Virus record (IMG/VR): IMGVR_UViG_3300023202_000383
Coordinates: 1 to 64,000 of that record
DNA length: 64,000 nucleotides
Strand: one strand, 5' to 3'
The notes beneath the pieces were generated by a model. The model made no database searches and had not been told where the DNA came from. It worked only from the letters and a program-made list of their open reading frames with translations. The translations under genes and the position numbers were made by a program. Position 1 is the stretch's first letter; every line of letters begins with the position of its first letter. This document shows positions 18,952 through 27,915 of the stretch, one piece after another.

Positions 18952-20156
18952 ACGTTTGCGAACACCACACTATCCGTACTTGGCCCGTGACTCCAGAATG
19001 ATGCCTCAACTCTATCTGGCAGGCAATCAAGATTATGATGTCTTATGAAATCTTTCATCTTTTCGTCGCCATATCTTTTAGACCCAACATAATTTAAAAA
19101 CGTGAACGCCAAGTATATCTTAAATGGGTTTGGGGGCATATTTTTTATTATAAAATCTTCTAATGCGAGTGTCGAAAATCTCATAATACGCCTAGGTAAC
19201 TTGGTAAGTGTAGTCATTTCAACAGGCACATCATAGCCAGCGATTCTCGACACCTCTTCCCAAGTCAATTCCTCACTGTCTTTAAATATATCGCCACTAT
19301 ATGAATCTACTTCTTCATATTCCTTGCCTTCCGATTCATATATCTGCACTTCATCCCAAGTTAAGAACTTTCTAGACTCTTTGTCAAGATATCTCTTGCT
19401 ATTTATTCTAATTGGCATAGTTCTATTTACTCCAATAATGTTGCCAATCAGATTCGGCGGCAGGTCCATGTCTGACATAAGCCCACCCACTGTGGTAGCT
19501 CTACTTGTGCAGTTAGGGTAGAAATTGGAATATAACGACAAGAAATGGCCTTGACTACCGTCCATAAGTGCGGTCGAGCTACTTAATTCAATTATCATAT
19601 CCAAAGGATCATATATCATATCCTTTAATTCATCATAGTCTTTAGCAACCTTCGTCTTTCTTAAGGACTTCTTGGCTCTACATGCGCCGCTTCCGGACCC
19701 AGTTGTGCCGTGCTTGCTTGTGCCCTTATATGGGTCAACTTCATTGTATGGGTCGCCCTCGAAGTTTTTTACTCCATTCTCAAAATCTATGTCATCCTGC
19801 GTGACTATCCCGGCATTGGGGTGTATATGTACGTGCGTTTTGGGGATATTTAGATCATGCATTTCTTTCAAAAGATCGTCTATGACAAACGCAGAACCGG
19901 GGCCAATAACCGCATGCGGCTCATATGGGATACCGTTTGCTAGATAACCATAATAAAACATACCAGATGGTAGTATTTTGAAGACATATTTTGTTCCGGA
20001 ATCTCTTACGGTATGGCTAGCGTTTCTGCTATTAGCAGTCAAAAGATAACGGGGGCAATTATTTTTAGCTAAATACGCTGATATTAGGCCTTTAGATTCA
20101 GATCCAAATTGTGCACCAAGACAAATATTTACTTTGCCGTTCTCGAAAAAACTCAT
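18948..20156 (-). CDS. purZ: PurZ-type adenylosuccinate-synthetase homolog (2-aminoadenine pathway)
   Basis: AQFGSESKG (Ser at the PurA Asp13 position), NASHT, DGSQG..LSLY..FYP..TSR, RTMPIRI, TTLTKLPRR (Leu at the PurA Arg303 position), TFLNY. Confidence 0.85.
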   Translation of the reverse strand: MSFFENGKVNICLGAQFGSESKGLISAYLAKNNCPRYLLTANSRNASHTVRDSGTKYVFKILPSGMFYYGYLANGIPYEPHAVIGPGSAFVIDDLLKEMHDLNIPKTHVHIHPNAGIVTQDDIDFENGVKNFEGDPYNEVDPYKGTSKHGTTGSGSGACRAKKSLRKTKVAKDYDELKDMIYDPLDMIIELSSSTALMDGSQGHFLSLYSNFYPNCTSRATTVGGLMSDMDLPPNLIGNIIGVNRTMPIRINSKRYLDKESRKFLTWDEVQIYESEGKEYEEVDSYSGDIFKDSEELTWEEVSRIAGYDVPVEMTTLTKLPRRIMRFSTLALEDFIIKNMPPNPFKIYLAFTFLNYVGSKRYGDEKMKDFIRHHNLDCLPDRVEASFWSHGPSTDSVVFANV

Positions 20157-20203
20157 TTATGTCTCCAAACTGGTATTTTATTGCAAGGTAACGTTTTAAT
20201 ACA

Positions 20204-20593
20204 ATGATAATCCCAACATCCATAAAAGTCAACGGCGTGTCAGGTGGAGGTTCTTACTATCCAGAATCTGTAGTTAAGGAAGCCATAGATGATTTTAATA
20301 ATAACTTGAAAGTCCGTAAGTCTGAGGGCGGATTAATAAATAGGAAGCACATCCAGATTACAGATGAAGTTACTCATATTACAAAGAAATTATTTATAGA
20401 AGATGGTAGGCTATATGCTGACATAGAATTGTTAGACAACCGACACGCTGATGATATAAGGTCTAAAATAAAAGGTGGATATTCTGTTATAGCAAGACCT
20501 GTAATGGCTGTTCCGTCATATGTTTTAGATGACCCATCCAAAATAATATCAGACATCACTAAAATCATGAAAGTTCAATTAGAGATCCAATAA
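20204..20593 (+). CDS. prohead protease (gp21)-like fold, probably inactive
   Basis: YYPESVVKEAI...VTHITKKLFIEDGRLYADIELLD; the S-R-G catalytic segment reads ARP. Confidence 0.5.
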   Translation: MIIPTSIKVNGVSGGGSYYPESVVKEAIDDFNNNLKVRKSEGGLINRKHIQITDEVTHITKKLFIEDGRLYADIELLDNRHADDIRSKIKGGYSVIARPVMAVPSYVLDDPSKIISDITKIMKVQLEIQ

Positions 20594-20979
20594 TGAAAAA
20601 CAGAGAATACATTTTCGTTTTCGAAGGCAAGTTTCTTGAATCAGATTCGCTAATAGACATATTTGGTGGAGTCACTAAAGAAGAGTGGGAAGTAATAGTA
20701 AAGGGGACTATAGGGTACTACTGCTTGATGATCGCTACAGACAAGGTATCGGAGTCTCTAGACAAAAAAGACCTTAGGCTCTCTAGGAAGCTCAAAAGAA
20801 CAATTCTGCAAATGAAAAATATAGACCCTGCGTTGTTATCTGAATTCGATTTAGAAGAAATCATTGAAGCAAGAGCTGAGGAAATGAAGAAGTTTGAAGA
20901 GGCTAACCAGAAAGCATTTGAGTCCATGAGAAATAACGGCAATCTCATGAAGTATCATGTAAAAACGAGTTCTTTATGA
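20593..20979 (+). CDS. hypothetical protein
   Basis: Translationally coupled ORF. Confidence 0.65.
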   Translation: MKNREYIFVFEGKFLESDSLIDIFGGVTKEEWEVIVKGTIGYYCLMIATDKVSESLDKKDLRLSRKLKRTILQMKNIDPALLSEFDLEEIIEARAEEMKKFEEANQKAFESMRNNGNLMKYHVKTSSL

Positions 20980-21314
20980 TAGCACAATGGAACAAATCTC
21001 CAATTGATGTATTCGGTACTCCCAACGGCTTTGATGCTTCAATATGCGGCTACTGTGAGGAGAAAAACGGAAGGTTCTATGTGTATATTGTACTTGAAAT
21101 AAACCAAAACAACTCTACATCATCGTATCTTCTTAAAGAAAATTCTAGAAAGATATTTGGACATGTTGATGTTGATAATATAGAGTCGCCGCACTTACAA
21201 AAGCAGATAGATAAGTTAAATGGAATATCTCATAAAGATTTAATAATAAAAGCCCAGCTATATGAATCAAAGGGTAAACTATTAGATGAAAATTGGAATA
21301 TTTTCAAAGTTTGA
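20976..21314 (+). CDS. hypothetical protein
   Basis: ATGA-coupled ORF. Confidence 0.65.
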   Translation: MIAQWNKSPIDVFGTPNGFDASICGYCEEKNGRFYVYIVLEINQNNSTSSYLLKENSRKIFGHVDVDNIESPHLQKQIDKLNGISHKDLIIKAQLYESKGKLLDENWNIFKV

Positions 21315-22362
21315 TATGGCTGGCGGTTCTGAATTCAGAGCCGCTGAAATGGCCAATGCGATAGCTAAATACAGCAATCACGAGTCTCTTATTCTGGCAG
21401 AGAAGCAAGTGCCAACCAGGATAAGAGACTATGTGAATAATAGTGTTAAAATAATTGAAAACGTAGTGCTACCCCAACCAAAGAACAAAGACGTTCTTTA
21501 TGAGGTAGATTCCCTTTTAGTCATCAATACTGATTCAAAAGATTTTACAACATTAGACTATTGGCAAGGCAAATCCACTAGGCATAGTGCTGTCATAGAT
21601 GTCTCTAAAATCAAGCAGATATGTTTTTTATTTAATTGGATAGTCAGCCCGTCTAGGCATCTATTCAAGCTTAATGAACTATCTGACATAAGAATAATCA
21701 CCACAAACGAGAAATTCTTTAAAGAAATAAGCGATCAAGACAGATATGAAATGGTAAGACATCTGCCTAGAACAATATTAAGAAGCCCAATAGATAATAC
21801 CAAATTCGACGACATCACAAGAAAACCATTAATCGATAGACCAATAAGAGTTGGAATGCATTCTAAATCCGTTGGGAACAAATGGAACAAAGAATTTAAA
21901 GACTTAATTAAGTACACAACAACCAAATATGGTAACAAAGTCCATTGGAAATTCATGGGAATGTCAAGAGAGCTAACTGAGTCTTTAAAACAAACCGATG
22001 GTAATATAACGATATCAAAAGAATTCGCAGAAGAAGTACCTCAGTTCCTATCTGATTTAGATATATTTACATTTTATATATCATGGTCCAGAGAAGAACC
22101 TTGGTCTAGAGCTTGTGCTGAGGCTATGGTTAGCGGATTGCCTGTCCTGGCGACCAACAAAGGTGGTAATAAAGATCAAATAGTGCATGGTAACAATGGA
22201 TTTTTATGTAAATCGCTACAAGATTTCAAAAATCACCTGACCGTCTTGATAGAGCACCCAGGAATTATATCAGATATGGCAAGAAATTCTAGGATATTGT
22301 CAAAGCAATTCCATAGCCAAGAAATAATCAGACAGTATATAAATTTTATAGATGCTCATTGA
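21286..22362 (+). CDS. glycosyltransferase family 4 (GT-B)
   Basis: AGGSE, REEPWSRACAEAMVSGLPVLATNKGG. Confidence 0.88.
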   Translation: MKIGIFSKFDMAGGSEFRAAEMANAIAKYSNHESLILAEKQVPTRIRDYVNNSVKIIENVVLPQPKNKDVLYEVDSLLVINTDSKDFTTLDYWQGKSTRHSAVIDVSKIKQICFLFNWIVSPSRHLFKLNELSDIRIITTNEKFFKEISDQDRYEMVRHLPRTILRSPIDNTKFDDITRKPLIDRPIRVGMHSKSVGNKWNKEFKDLIKYTTTKYGNKVHWKFMGMSRELTESLKQTDGNITISKEFAEEVPQFLSDLDIFTFYISWSREEPWSRACAEAMVSGLPVLATNKGGNKDQIVHGNNGFLCKSLQDFKNHLTVLIEHPGIISDMARNSRILSKQFHSQEIIRQYINFIDAH

Positions 22363-23143
22363 AAAAGAACAATATAAAGTATCCATGTGTACAACATGCA
22401 TGGATAGGCTATATACATTAAGAGAAACTCTTCCGAAGAACATAGAAGATAATGCTGACTATCCATTTGTCGAATTCGTTGTCTTAGATTACAATAGCAA
22501 AGATGGCTTGGGCGACTGGATAAAAGAAAATATGATGCCATTTATAGAATCTGGCATCGTCAGCTATTATAGAACAGAAGAGCCTCAATATTTTAGTATG
22601 TCACATTCAAGGAATATTGCTTTCAGAGTAGCATCTGGTGACATAGTAAATAATTTAGACGCTGACAACTTCACCAATCAAGGGTTTGCGTCCAGAATAA
22701 ATGAAATGGCACAACTGGGATCAAAGGATAGGGAAGTTGCATACCCAAACCCAGCAACAGAAGTAAATAAAGTCATGTTTGGTAAAGGCAAAAAGCTATT
22801 AAGAGGCAGATTGGGGTTCTTCAAGAGCGACTTCGTAAACCTTTTAGGTGGATATGACGAAGATCTGCAAGGATATGGTCACGACGATAGGGATTTGTAC
22901 AACAGAGCTATGAAACTTGAGTTTAATTTGTTGTGGTTTGGTGGCCAATATGTCGATAGAATAAAAACTTCCAGAGCCGAAAAAGTAGTAAATATGAAGA
23001 TAAAGGACTGGAAGAAGACAGAAAATATGAACAAAGAAGTAAGCAAGAAGAAAATAGACGCGGGTATATATAAAGCTAATCAGAATAGGCATTGGGGCAA
23101 AGCAACCCTAATAAAAAATTTCGATCAAGAAATACAAATATGA
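22352..23143 (+). CDS. glycosyltransferase family 2 / GT7-like
   Basis: SMCTTCMDRL, VVLDYNS, NLDADN, GGYDEDLQGYGHDD. Confidence 0.85.
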   Translation: MLIEKEQYKVSMCTTCMDRLYTLRETLPKNIEDNADYPFVEFVVLDYNSKDGLGDWIKENMMPFIESGIVSYYRTEEPQYFSMSHSRNIAFRVASGDIVNNLDADNFTNQGFASRINEMAQLGSKDREVAYPNPATEVNKVMFGKGKKLLRGRLGFFKSDFVNLLGGYDEDLQGYGHDDRDLYNRAMKLEFNLLWFGGQYVDRIKTSRAEKVVNMKIKDWKKTENMNKEVSKKKIDAGIYKANQNRHWGKATLIKNFDQEIQI

Positions 23144-23859
23144 GCAGAAGCATATCATTTTGCACCACAACCTTCAACAGGTTGGAGCATTTAAGCAAGA
23201 CTCTGCCATATAACATCAGAGATAATCGCCTATATTCTAAATTAGAATTAGTTATTCTTGACTGCGGATCTAAAGATGATACGCATAAATTCATGAGACA
23301 GTTCGAAAACCTTATGGAAGTCGGTAAGCTATCATATTATAAATTATTGTGGCCTGAAATCGAGTTCTTTGATGCAGCAAGAATGAAAAACATATGCCAT
23401 AAATTAGCAAATGGTGAATTACTGTGCAATTTAGATGTTGACCAATACTCTACAAAAGGGTTCGCAAGAAAATTAAATATATTGTGCAAGCATAAAAAGG
23501 ACAAATTCATAATAAGCAAAAATGGAAAATTGTGGGGAAAGTTGGCTGTCCTAAAGAAAGATTTCATCAAGATGCTTGGCGGATATGATGAATCAATGGA
23601 TGGTTATTGGTCTGATGATGAGGACTTATTTAATAGAGCTATTGCACAAGATTTTGAGCCAATAAGATTTAATAATGGGTTCAAAATGATTCACCACGAC
23701 AGATCAAGCAAATACTTCACATATGATCATGACAACAAAACCAAAAACAGGATAATATCTAATAAAAACATATTAGATCATAGATATAAAGCCAATATAG
23801 ATAGACAATGGGGCTGTGGAGTATTATTAAAAAACTTTCGTGAAGAAATCAAGATATGA
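23140..23859 (+). CDS. glycosyltransferase family 2 / GT7-like (tandem paralog)
   Basis: SFCTTTFNRL, ILDCGS, NLDVDQ, GGYDESMDGYWSDD. Confidence 0.85.
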   Translation: MSRSISFCTTTFNRLEHLSKTLPYNIRDNRLYSKLELVILDCGSKDDTHKFMRQFENLMEVGKLSYYKLLWPEIEFFDAARMKNICHKLANGELLCNLDVDQYSTKGFARKLNILCKHKKDKFIISKNGKLWGKLAVLKKDFIKMLGGYDESMDGYWSDDEDLFNRAIAQDFEPIRFNNGFKMIHHDRSSKYFTYDHDNKTKNRIISNKNILDHRYKANIDRQWGCGVLLKNFREEIKI

Positions 23860-24626
23860 AAAATCTTTTGGTAGCAAATTTCCAGCCTCCAGCCGATAGC
23901 GGTAACGATAAAAAGAAAGGTATGGACATAAATGGCTTAAAACTATTTATAAATGCTCAGATAGACAATAGCCTTCATTTAGGGTGGGACCCTAAAGACA
24001 TAATATTAGTCACAAATTTTATGCATCATTACAACGGCATAAATGCTTTTGTGACTAATTTAAACTCTAGTTGCCTGACTGGTAGCAAAATGTTTACTAT
24101 AAAATGGCTTTATGAAAACAATATAATAGATGATACGATATGGGCTCATGATTTAGATGCATGGCAGAATGATCCATTTTACGAGCCAGAATTTAAAGAT
24201 GTAGGAGTCTCAACATATAGCAGACCCAAATTCAACGGCGGTAGTATATTCATAAAACCGTCGGCCTTGGATATTATCAATGAAATAATAAATAATATAA
24301 TTACAAATAATGAAGATAGAGAAGAACCAACTATAAATGAAATTTTAAAATCAAATAAATACAAAGACAGAGTCACTGTACTAAATAACACGTATAATGT
24401 TGGGTGTTCTGGATATAAGGAGAGATACGAAAGAAGCAGCAAACCAATAAAAGTTTGCCATTTTAATCCACTAAATAGATTAGCATGGTGGACATTTGTT
24501 GGTGATAGACACAAATTAGGTCAAGCAGCCTCTGACAGATTAGCTTCTTTGTTGACCAAAAAATTCGGCAAGTATCAAAGCTTCAGAAGCGTGCCTTATA
24601 CTATGGATGAAAGAGATTTTAAATGA
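23856..24626 (+). CDS. nucleotide-diphospho-sugar transferase-like protein
   Basis: WAHDLDAW DxD motif, FNGGSIF, YNVG, CHF. Confidence 0.65.
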   Translation: MKNLLVANFQPPADSGNDKKKGMDINGLKLFINAQIDNSLHLGWDPKDIILVTNFMHHYNGINAFVTNLNSSCLTGSKMFTIKWLYENNIIDDTIWAHDLDAWQNDPFYEPEFKDVGVSTYSRPKFNGGSIFIKPSALDIINEIINNIITNNEDREEPTINEILKSNKYKDRVTVLNNTYNVGCSGYKERYERSSKPIKVCHFNPLNRLAWWTFVGDRHKLGQAASDRLASLLTKKFGKYQSFRSVPYTMDERDFK

Positions 24627-24741
24627 TTATCAGTAGTATAGTGATAAAAATATTAAGAAGACATTATTTTAATAAAATAATCAAAGACTTATTAGACACA
24701 AGATATGCAGAAGAAAGTTATGAATGTATTATACTTGAAGA

Positions 24742-24845
24742 AAAGTAGCAAAGTAGCAAAGTAGCAAAGTAGCAAAGTAGCAAAGTAGCAAAGTAGCAAA
24801 GTAGCAAAATAACACCAGAGCAAAATAACACCAGAGCAAAATAAC
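24742..24845. repeat. 8-bp-period array: (AAAGTAGC)x8 then (AAAATAACACCAGAGC)x2 plus a partial unit
   Basis: Read directly from sequence; intergenic. Confidence 0.95.
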
Positions 24846-24854
24846 AAGATTTGT

Positions 24855-25305
24855 AGATGGGAATCTCATATTGTCGGATCTGGTCCAGGCGAGATATGAG
24901 ATTGACTTTCCATCAGATTAATCCAGATCCCGCAAAGGTAGAGAACTACCTTCAGCGAAAATCCGATTGCTGAGAGAGCGCCCGGTAGGCTATTTCACCG
25001 GTCTAAGCCTACCATTCACCTTGGATAACCATTGGGTTACATGGCAAAAATGCAACAAGCAAAGCACAGTAACTCCCAGGAGAACACCCGCAGTCTCCGG
25101 CTCCGGGCCTAGCTATATCGGTTGGCACCCTGGGGATTAGAAACCAGGCTCTGTCATTACTAAATACCTACGCTGCTAGAAGCAGTGGGCAAAAGGGCCG
25201 AAATCGGGAAGGTTCCTGTCCATGGCAGCGTGAGAGTCAGACGTGATTAAAAAAGAAAAAGATGTTTCTCTCTTCGATTTTTCTTCTTCTTTTTTTTAAT
25301 CATCA
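24855..25305. ncRNA. candidate structured non-coding element (ncRNA or origin)
   Basis: No ORF of 60 aa or more; GC-enriched; several perfect inverted repeats (AATCTCATAT/ATATGAGATT, GGATCTGG/CCAGATCC, GGTAG/CTACC, GGTAGGCT/AGCCTACC, TAACC/GGTTA). Confidence 0.45.
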
Positions 25306-25363
25306 TGATCTCTCCAAGGTAAGGGAAACCGGACTATTTATAAATTATCAAATATAAAACGAC

Positions 25364-25585
25364 ATGTTTAAATGGCTTTTCGGCAGCAAGAAGCAAGAAA
25401 TGCATATCCATGTACATGTGGATGGTATTTTGAATGTTCAAGGTCAGGATTTAAAGCTTGGCATAAATTCGGATGCAGATATAAGCAACAATAAACAGGA
25501 TCCAAAAGAATCACACATACCTGAAATGGACCCGACAATTGGAGAAATTGACTTACCGCAGGTAGAATTTGGCGAAGAGGACTAA
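25364..25585 (+). CDS. small acidic protein with N-terminal amphipathic helix
   Basis: MFKWLFG start; preceded by the CAAATATA motif. Confidence 0.6.
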   Translation: MFKWLFGSKKQEMHIHVHVDGILNVQGQDLKLGINSDADISNNKQDPKESHIPEMDPTIGEIDLPQVEFGEED

Positions 25586-25586
25586 A

Positions 25587-26615
25587 ATGATTAAAATAGG
25601 ATTAGATCTTGGCACAAAGACAATCGTTTCTGCTAAAAGAGGCGAAGAAAACAAGCCTATATTCAAGCATGAAATAAATGGGTTTTATGAATTCCCGACA
25701 CCAGATAGCTTTACAAAAAAGCTGTTGGTTGGTCAGAAAATACCATTTGTTGAGAAGGATGGCAAGATATATGCTCTTGGCCGGAAGGCTGAGCAGTTTG
25801 CATATGCTGTCAATTCTACTCTTCGTAGACCGATGGCTGATGGTACAGTTAGCAAAGAGGAAGAAGCCATTAATATTATGGCATCGATTGTCCATGCTAT
25901 AATTGGCAAGTTAGATGATGATGCAATATTGTACTATTGTATCCCAGCAGACGCTATAAATAAGAGCACAAATGTGCAGTTCCACCAGAAGATTGCACAG
26001 ATGATAATTGATCGGTATCAAAGAAGTAAAGTAACTGTCAAGGGTTATCCTATCAATGAAGCCAGAGCGTTAGCTATAGGTTCTGGTGAGCCGGTTTGTA
26101 TTGCTGTGTCATTTGGTGCTGGTATGGTCAATGTTTGTTATTGCATGTACGGCATGTCAGTGTTTGAATTCAGTTTAGTTGGTAGCGGAGACCGGGTTGA
26201 TGCGGAGGCTGCTAGGCAGTTTGGATATGATCCAGAAAATCCAAATAAGAGCAGTCGCGAAACGCCGACAACCATGTGTAAGAGAAAGCACCAAATAGAT
26301 CTGACAAAATCTAAAGATGAAGTAGATAGAAAAGACCAGGCGATAATGATTTCGTATCAGATTCTGATAGAGAATGTTGTTGACGGTATTATAAAGGGTT
26401 TCAACGAAAACGAAGAAAAAGCCAAGATAGATCAGGCAATCCCTGTTGTAATAGCTGGTGGTACTTCATCTCCTCCGGGGTTCGGCGAATATTTTGAGGA
26501 GATTATGAAGTCTAAAGAACCCCCGTTTGAAATATCCACTATAACGGTACATCCTAGACCATTATATGCTGTTGCGGAAGGTTGTCTTATCGCTTCTGAG
26601 AGTCATGAGGAATAA
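25587..26615 (+). CDS. actin-fold ATPase (MreB/MamK/ParM superfamily)
   Basis: GLDLGT (phosphate 1), NEARA (connect 1), SFGAG (phosphate 2), IAGGTS (adenosine), PLYAVAEG (connect 2). Confidence 0.85.
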   Translation: MIKIGLDLGTKTIVSAKRGEENKPIFKHEINGFYEFPTPDSFTKKLLVGQKIPFVEKDGKIYALGRKAEQFAYAVNSTLRRPMADGTVSKEEEAINIMASIVHAIIGKLDDDAILYYCIPADAINKSTNVQFHQKIAQMIIDRYQRSKVTVKGYPINEARALAIGSGEPVCIAVSFGAGMVNVCYCMYGMSVFEFSLVGSGDRVDAEAARQFGYDPENPNKSSRETPTTMCKRKHQIDLTKSKDEVDRKDQAIMISYQILIENVVDGIIKGFNENEEKAKIDQAIPVVIAGGTSSPPGFGEYFEEIMKSKEPPFEISTITVHPRPLYAVAEGCLIASESHEE

Positions 26616-26640
26616 AATCAAAATTAAGTAGGAGGCAATT

Positions 26641-26883
26641 ATGGCACATCATGTAGTAGGTATAGGTCTATTTTCAGTTGCCAGAGATGGCACTGTTATG
26701 CCTGGAAAAGAAGGTACGATAGCTCAGGTTGCTACTTCTAATCTAGAAAGAAGAATTGTACCAACTAAAGGTGTAGATAGCTCAATGAATTATCCCACAA
26801 TAGTTGAATATCTAGATTTAGAAGAAGATGCTGGCTTTGATCTGGTTCATATAGACCAATATACTATAATAACTAAGGGCTAA
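26641..26883 (+). CDS. hypothetical protein
   Basis: AGGAGG RBS. Confidence 0.7.
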   Translation: MAHHVVGIGLFSVARDGTVMPGKEGTIAQVATSNLERRIVPTKGVDSSMNYPTIVEYLDLEEDAGFDLVHIDQYTIITKG

Positions 26884-26884
26884 A

Positions 26885-27310
26885 ATGCCGAGAAAGAGCC
26901 TAGAAGACAGGCTATGTGAAGCGTTATTAAGTCATTCGTCAAAAGACAATGACCAGTTTGATGAATATGTTGAAGATATCAAAGATCTCATGGGGTCATC
27001 TGGAGTTCTAGAAGAAGGCAAAAAGATAACTGTTACTACTATAATAGATACTGATGAAGATGAAGAAAAGATAGATCCTCAGGTAAAATTAAATATCCCA
27101 GATGAAGCAAAAAACAATTTCATGAACAAGGCTCAGGAATTGGGAAATTTTGATAGTCCTGCTTGGGTTGAGCAAGTTGTCAATGGTCTAAAGCAAGCGG
27201 GGGTTCAAGGAATGAACCCTATTGAGGATGATGAAAAGCCTGTAACTAAGAAAGAGATCATGTATCTAATATCTATGCTGATTGATCTCATAAAAACAGG
27301 AAAAGTATAA
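26885..27310 (+). CDS. hypothetical acidic protein
   Basis: Operon-packed ORF. Confidence 0.7.
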   Translation: MPRKSLEDRLCEALLSHSSKDNDQFDEYVEDIKDLMGSSGVLEEGKKITVTTIIDTDEDEEKIDPQVKLNIPDEAKNNFMNKAQELGNFDSPAWVEQVVNGLKQAGVQGMNPIEDDEKPVTKKEIMYLISMLIDLIKTGKV

Positions 27311-27915
27311 TGGCGCTAGAAGGTAAGGGACTAAACCTTAAAGGCGACAACACTTTCAAACCAGTTACCCCAGGCGTTAGAGTCACAGATATAGTTGTTA
27401 GAGGTGGCGGGGGAACGGTAACATTCTCTGATGGTGTTACTGTAGAATATTTATTTCAATTTATACAAGATCCCAGTATACCGTCTGGCGGTATCTTCGA
27501 TGTCACTCTGCAGGGCGATAGAGCTAAGAGAACGTATGAAAATGTGATATCTCAAGCTGTTTGTGATATGGTTGATTGGGTGACTCAGTGTTCCAGTCTC
27601 AATAGGCGAGTTTCTGAATTAGAAAAGTTACTTGGTAGAGGTGTTGAATTTACGTTCGAGATTGAGGATTGGGACGATCTTGGTGTAAAGAATCAGATCC
27701 ACATTATAAATGAAGGAACTCCTGGGCCTGGAGAAATTGGTCCACATGAATTAGGTACTTCTAGATCATTCCATATATCTGTTTGGAAAAGGGATGGGTC
27801 CCCTGCGATATTCGGCGTAGATACTGAATTCGAAATCAATTTAGATACTGGATTAATCAAACTTATTAAAGCTCCTTTAGGTAAGCCATTTGCTGGCAGG
27901 GTTATTGTAAGTTGA
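27310..27915 (+). CDS. putative virion/fibre protein
   Basis: C-terminal PGPGEIGPHEL...FAGRVIV module shared with 28294..28992. Confidence 0.55.
   Translation: MALEGKGLNLKGDNTFKPVTPGVRVTDIVVRGGGGTVTFSDGVTVEYLFQFIQDPSIPSGGIFDVTLQGDRAKRTYENVISQAVCDMVDWVTQCSSLNRRVSELEKLLGRGVEFTFEIEDWDDLGVKNQIHIINEGTPGPGEIGPHELGTSRSFHISVWKRDGSPAIFGVDTEFEINLDTGLIKLIKAPLGKPFAGRVIVS

Noticed and set aside
20593-21314. datZ or mazZ next to purZ
   Set aside because: No HD motif or MazG EExxE/D pattern is recognisable in the flanking ORFs
24742-24845. CRISPR array
   Set aside because: Units are contiguous 8- or 16-bp tandem repeats with no unique spacers, and there are no cas genes
24855-25340. tRNA, tmRNA, RNase P or group I/II intron
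   Set aside because: No cloverleaf or CCA end, no GAGGAAAGUCC, and no P7 or domain V consensus recognised; kept only as an unclassified structured element
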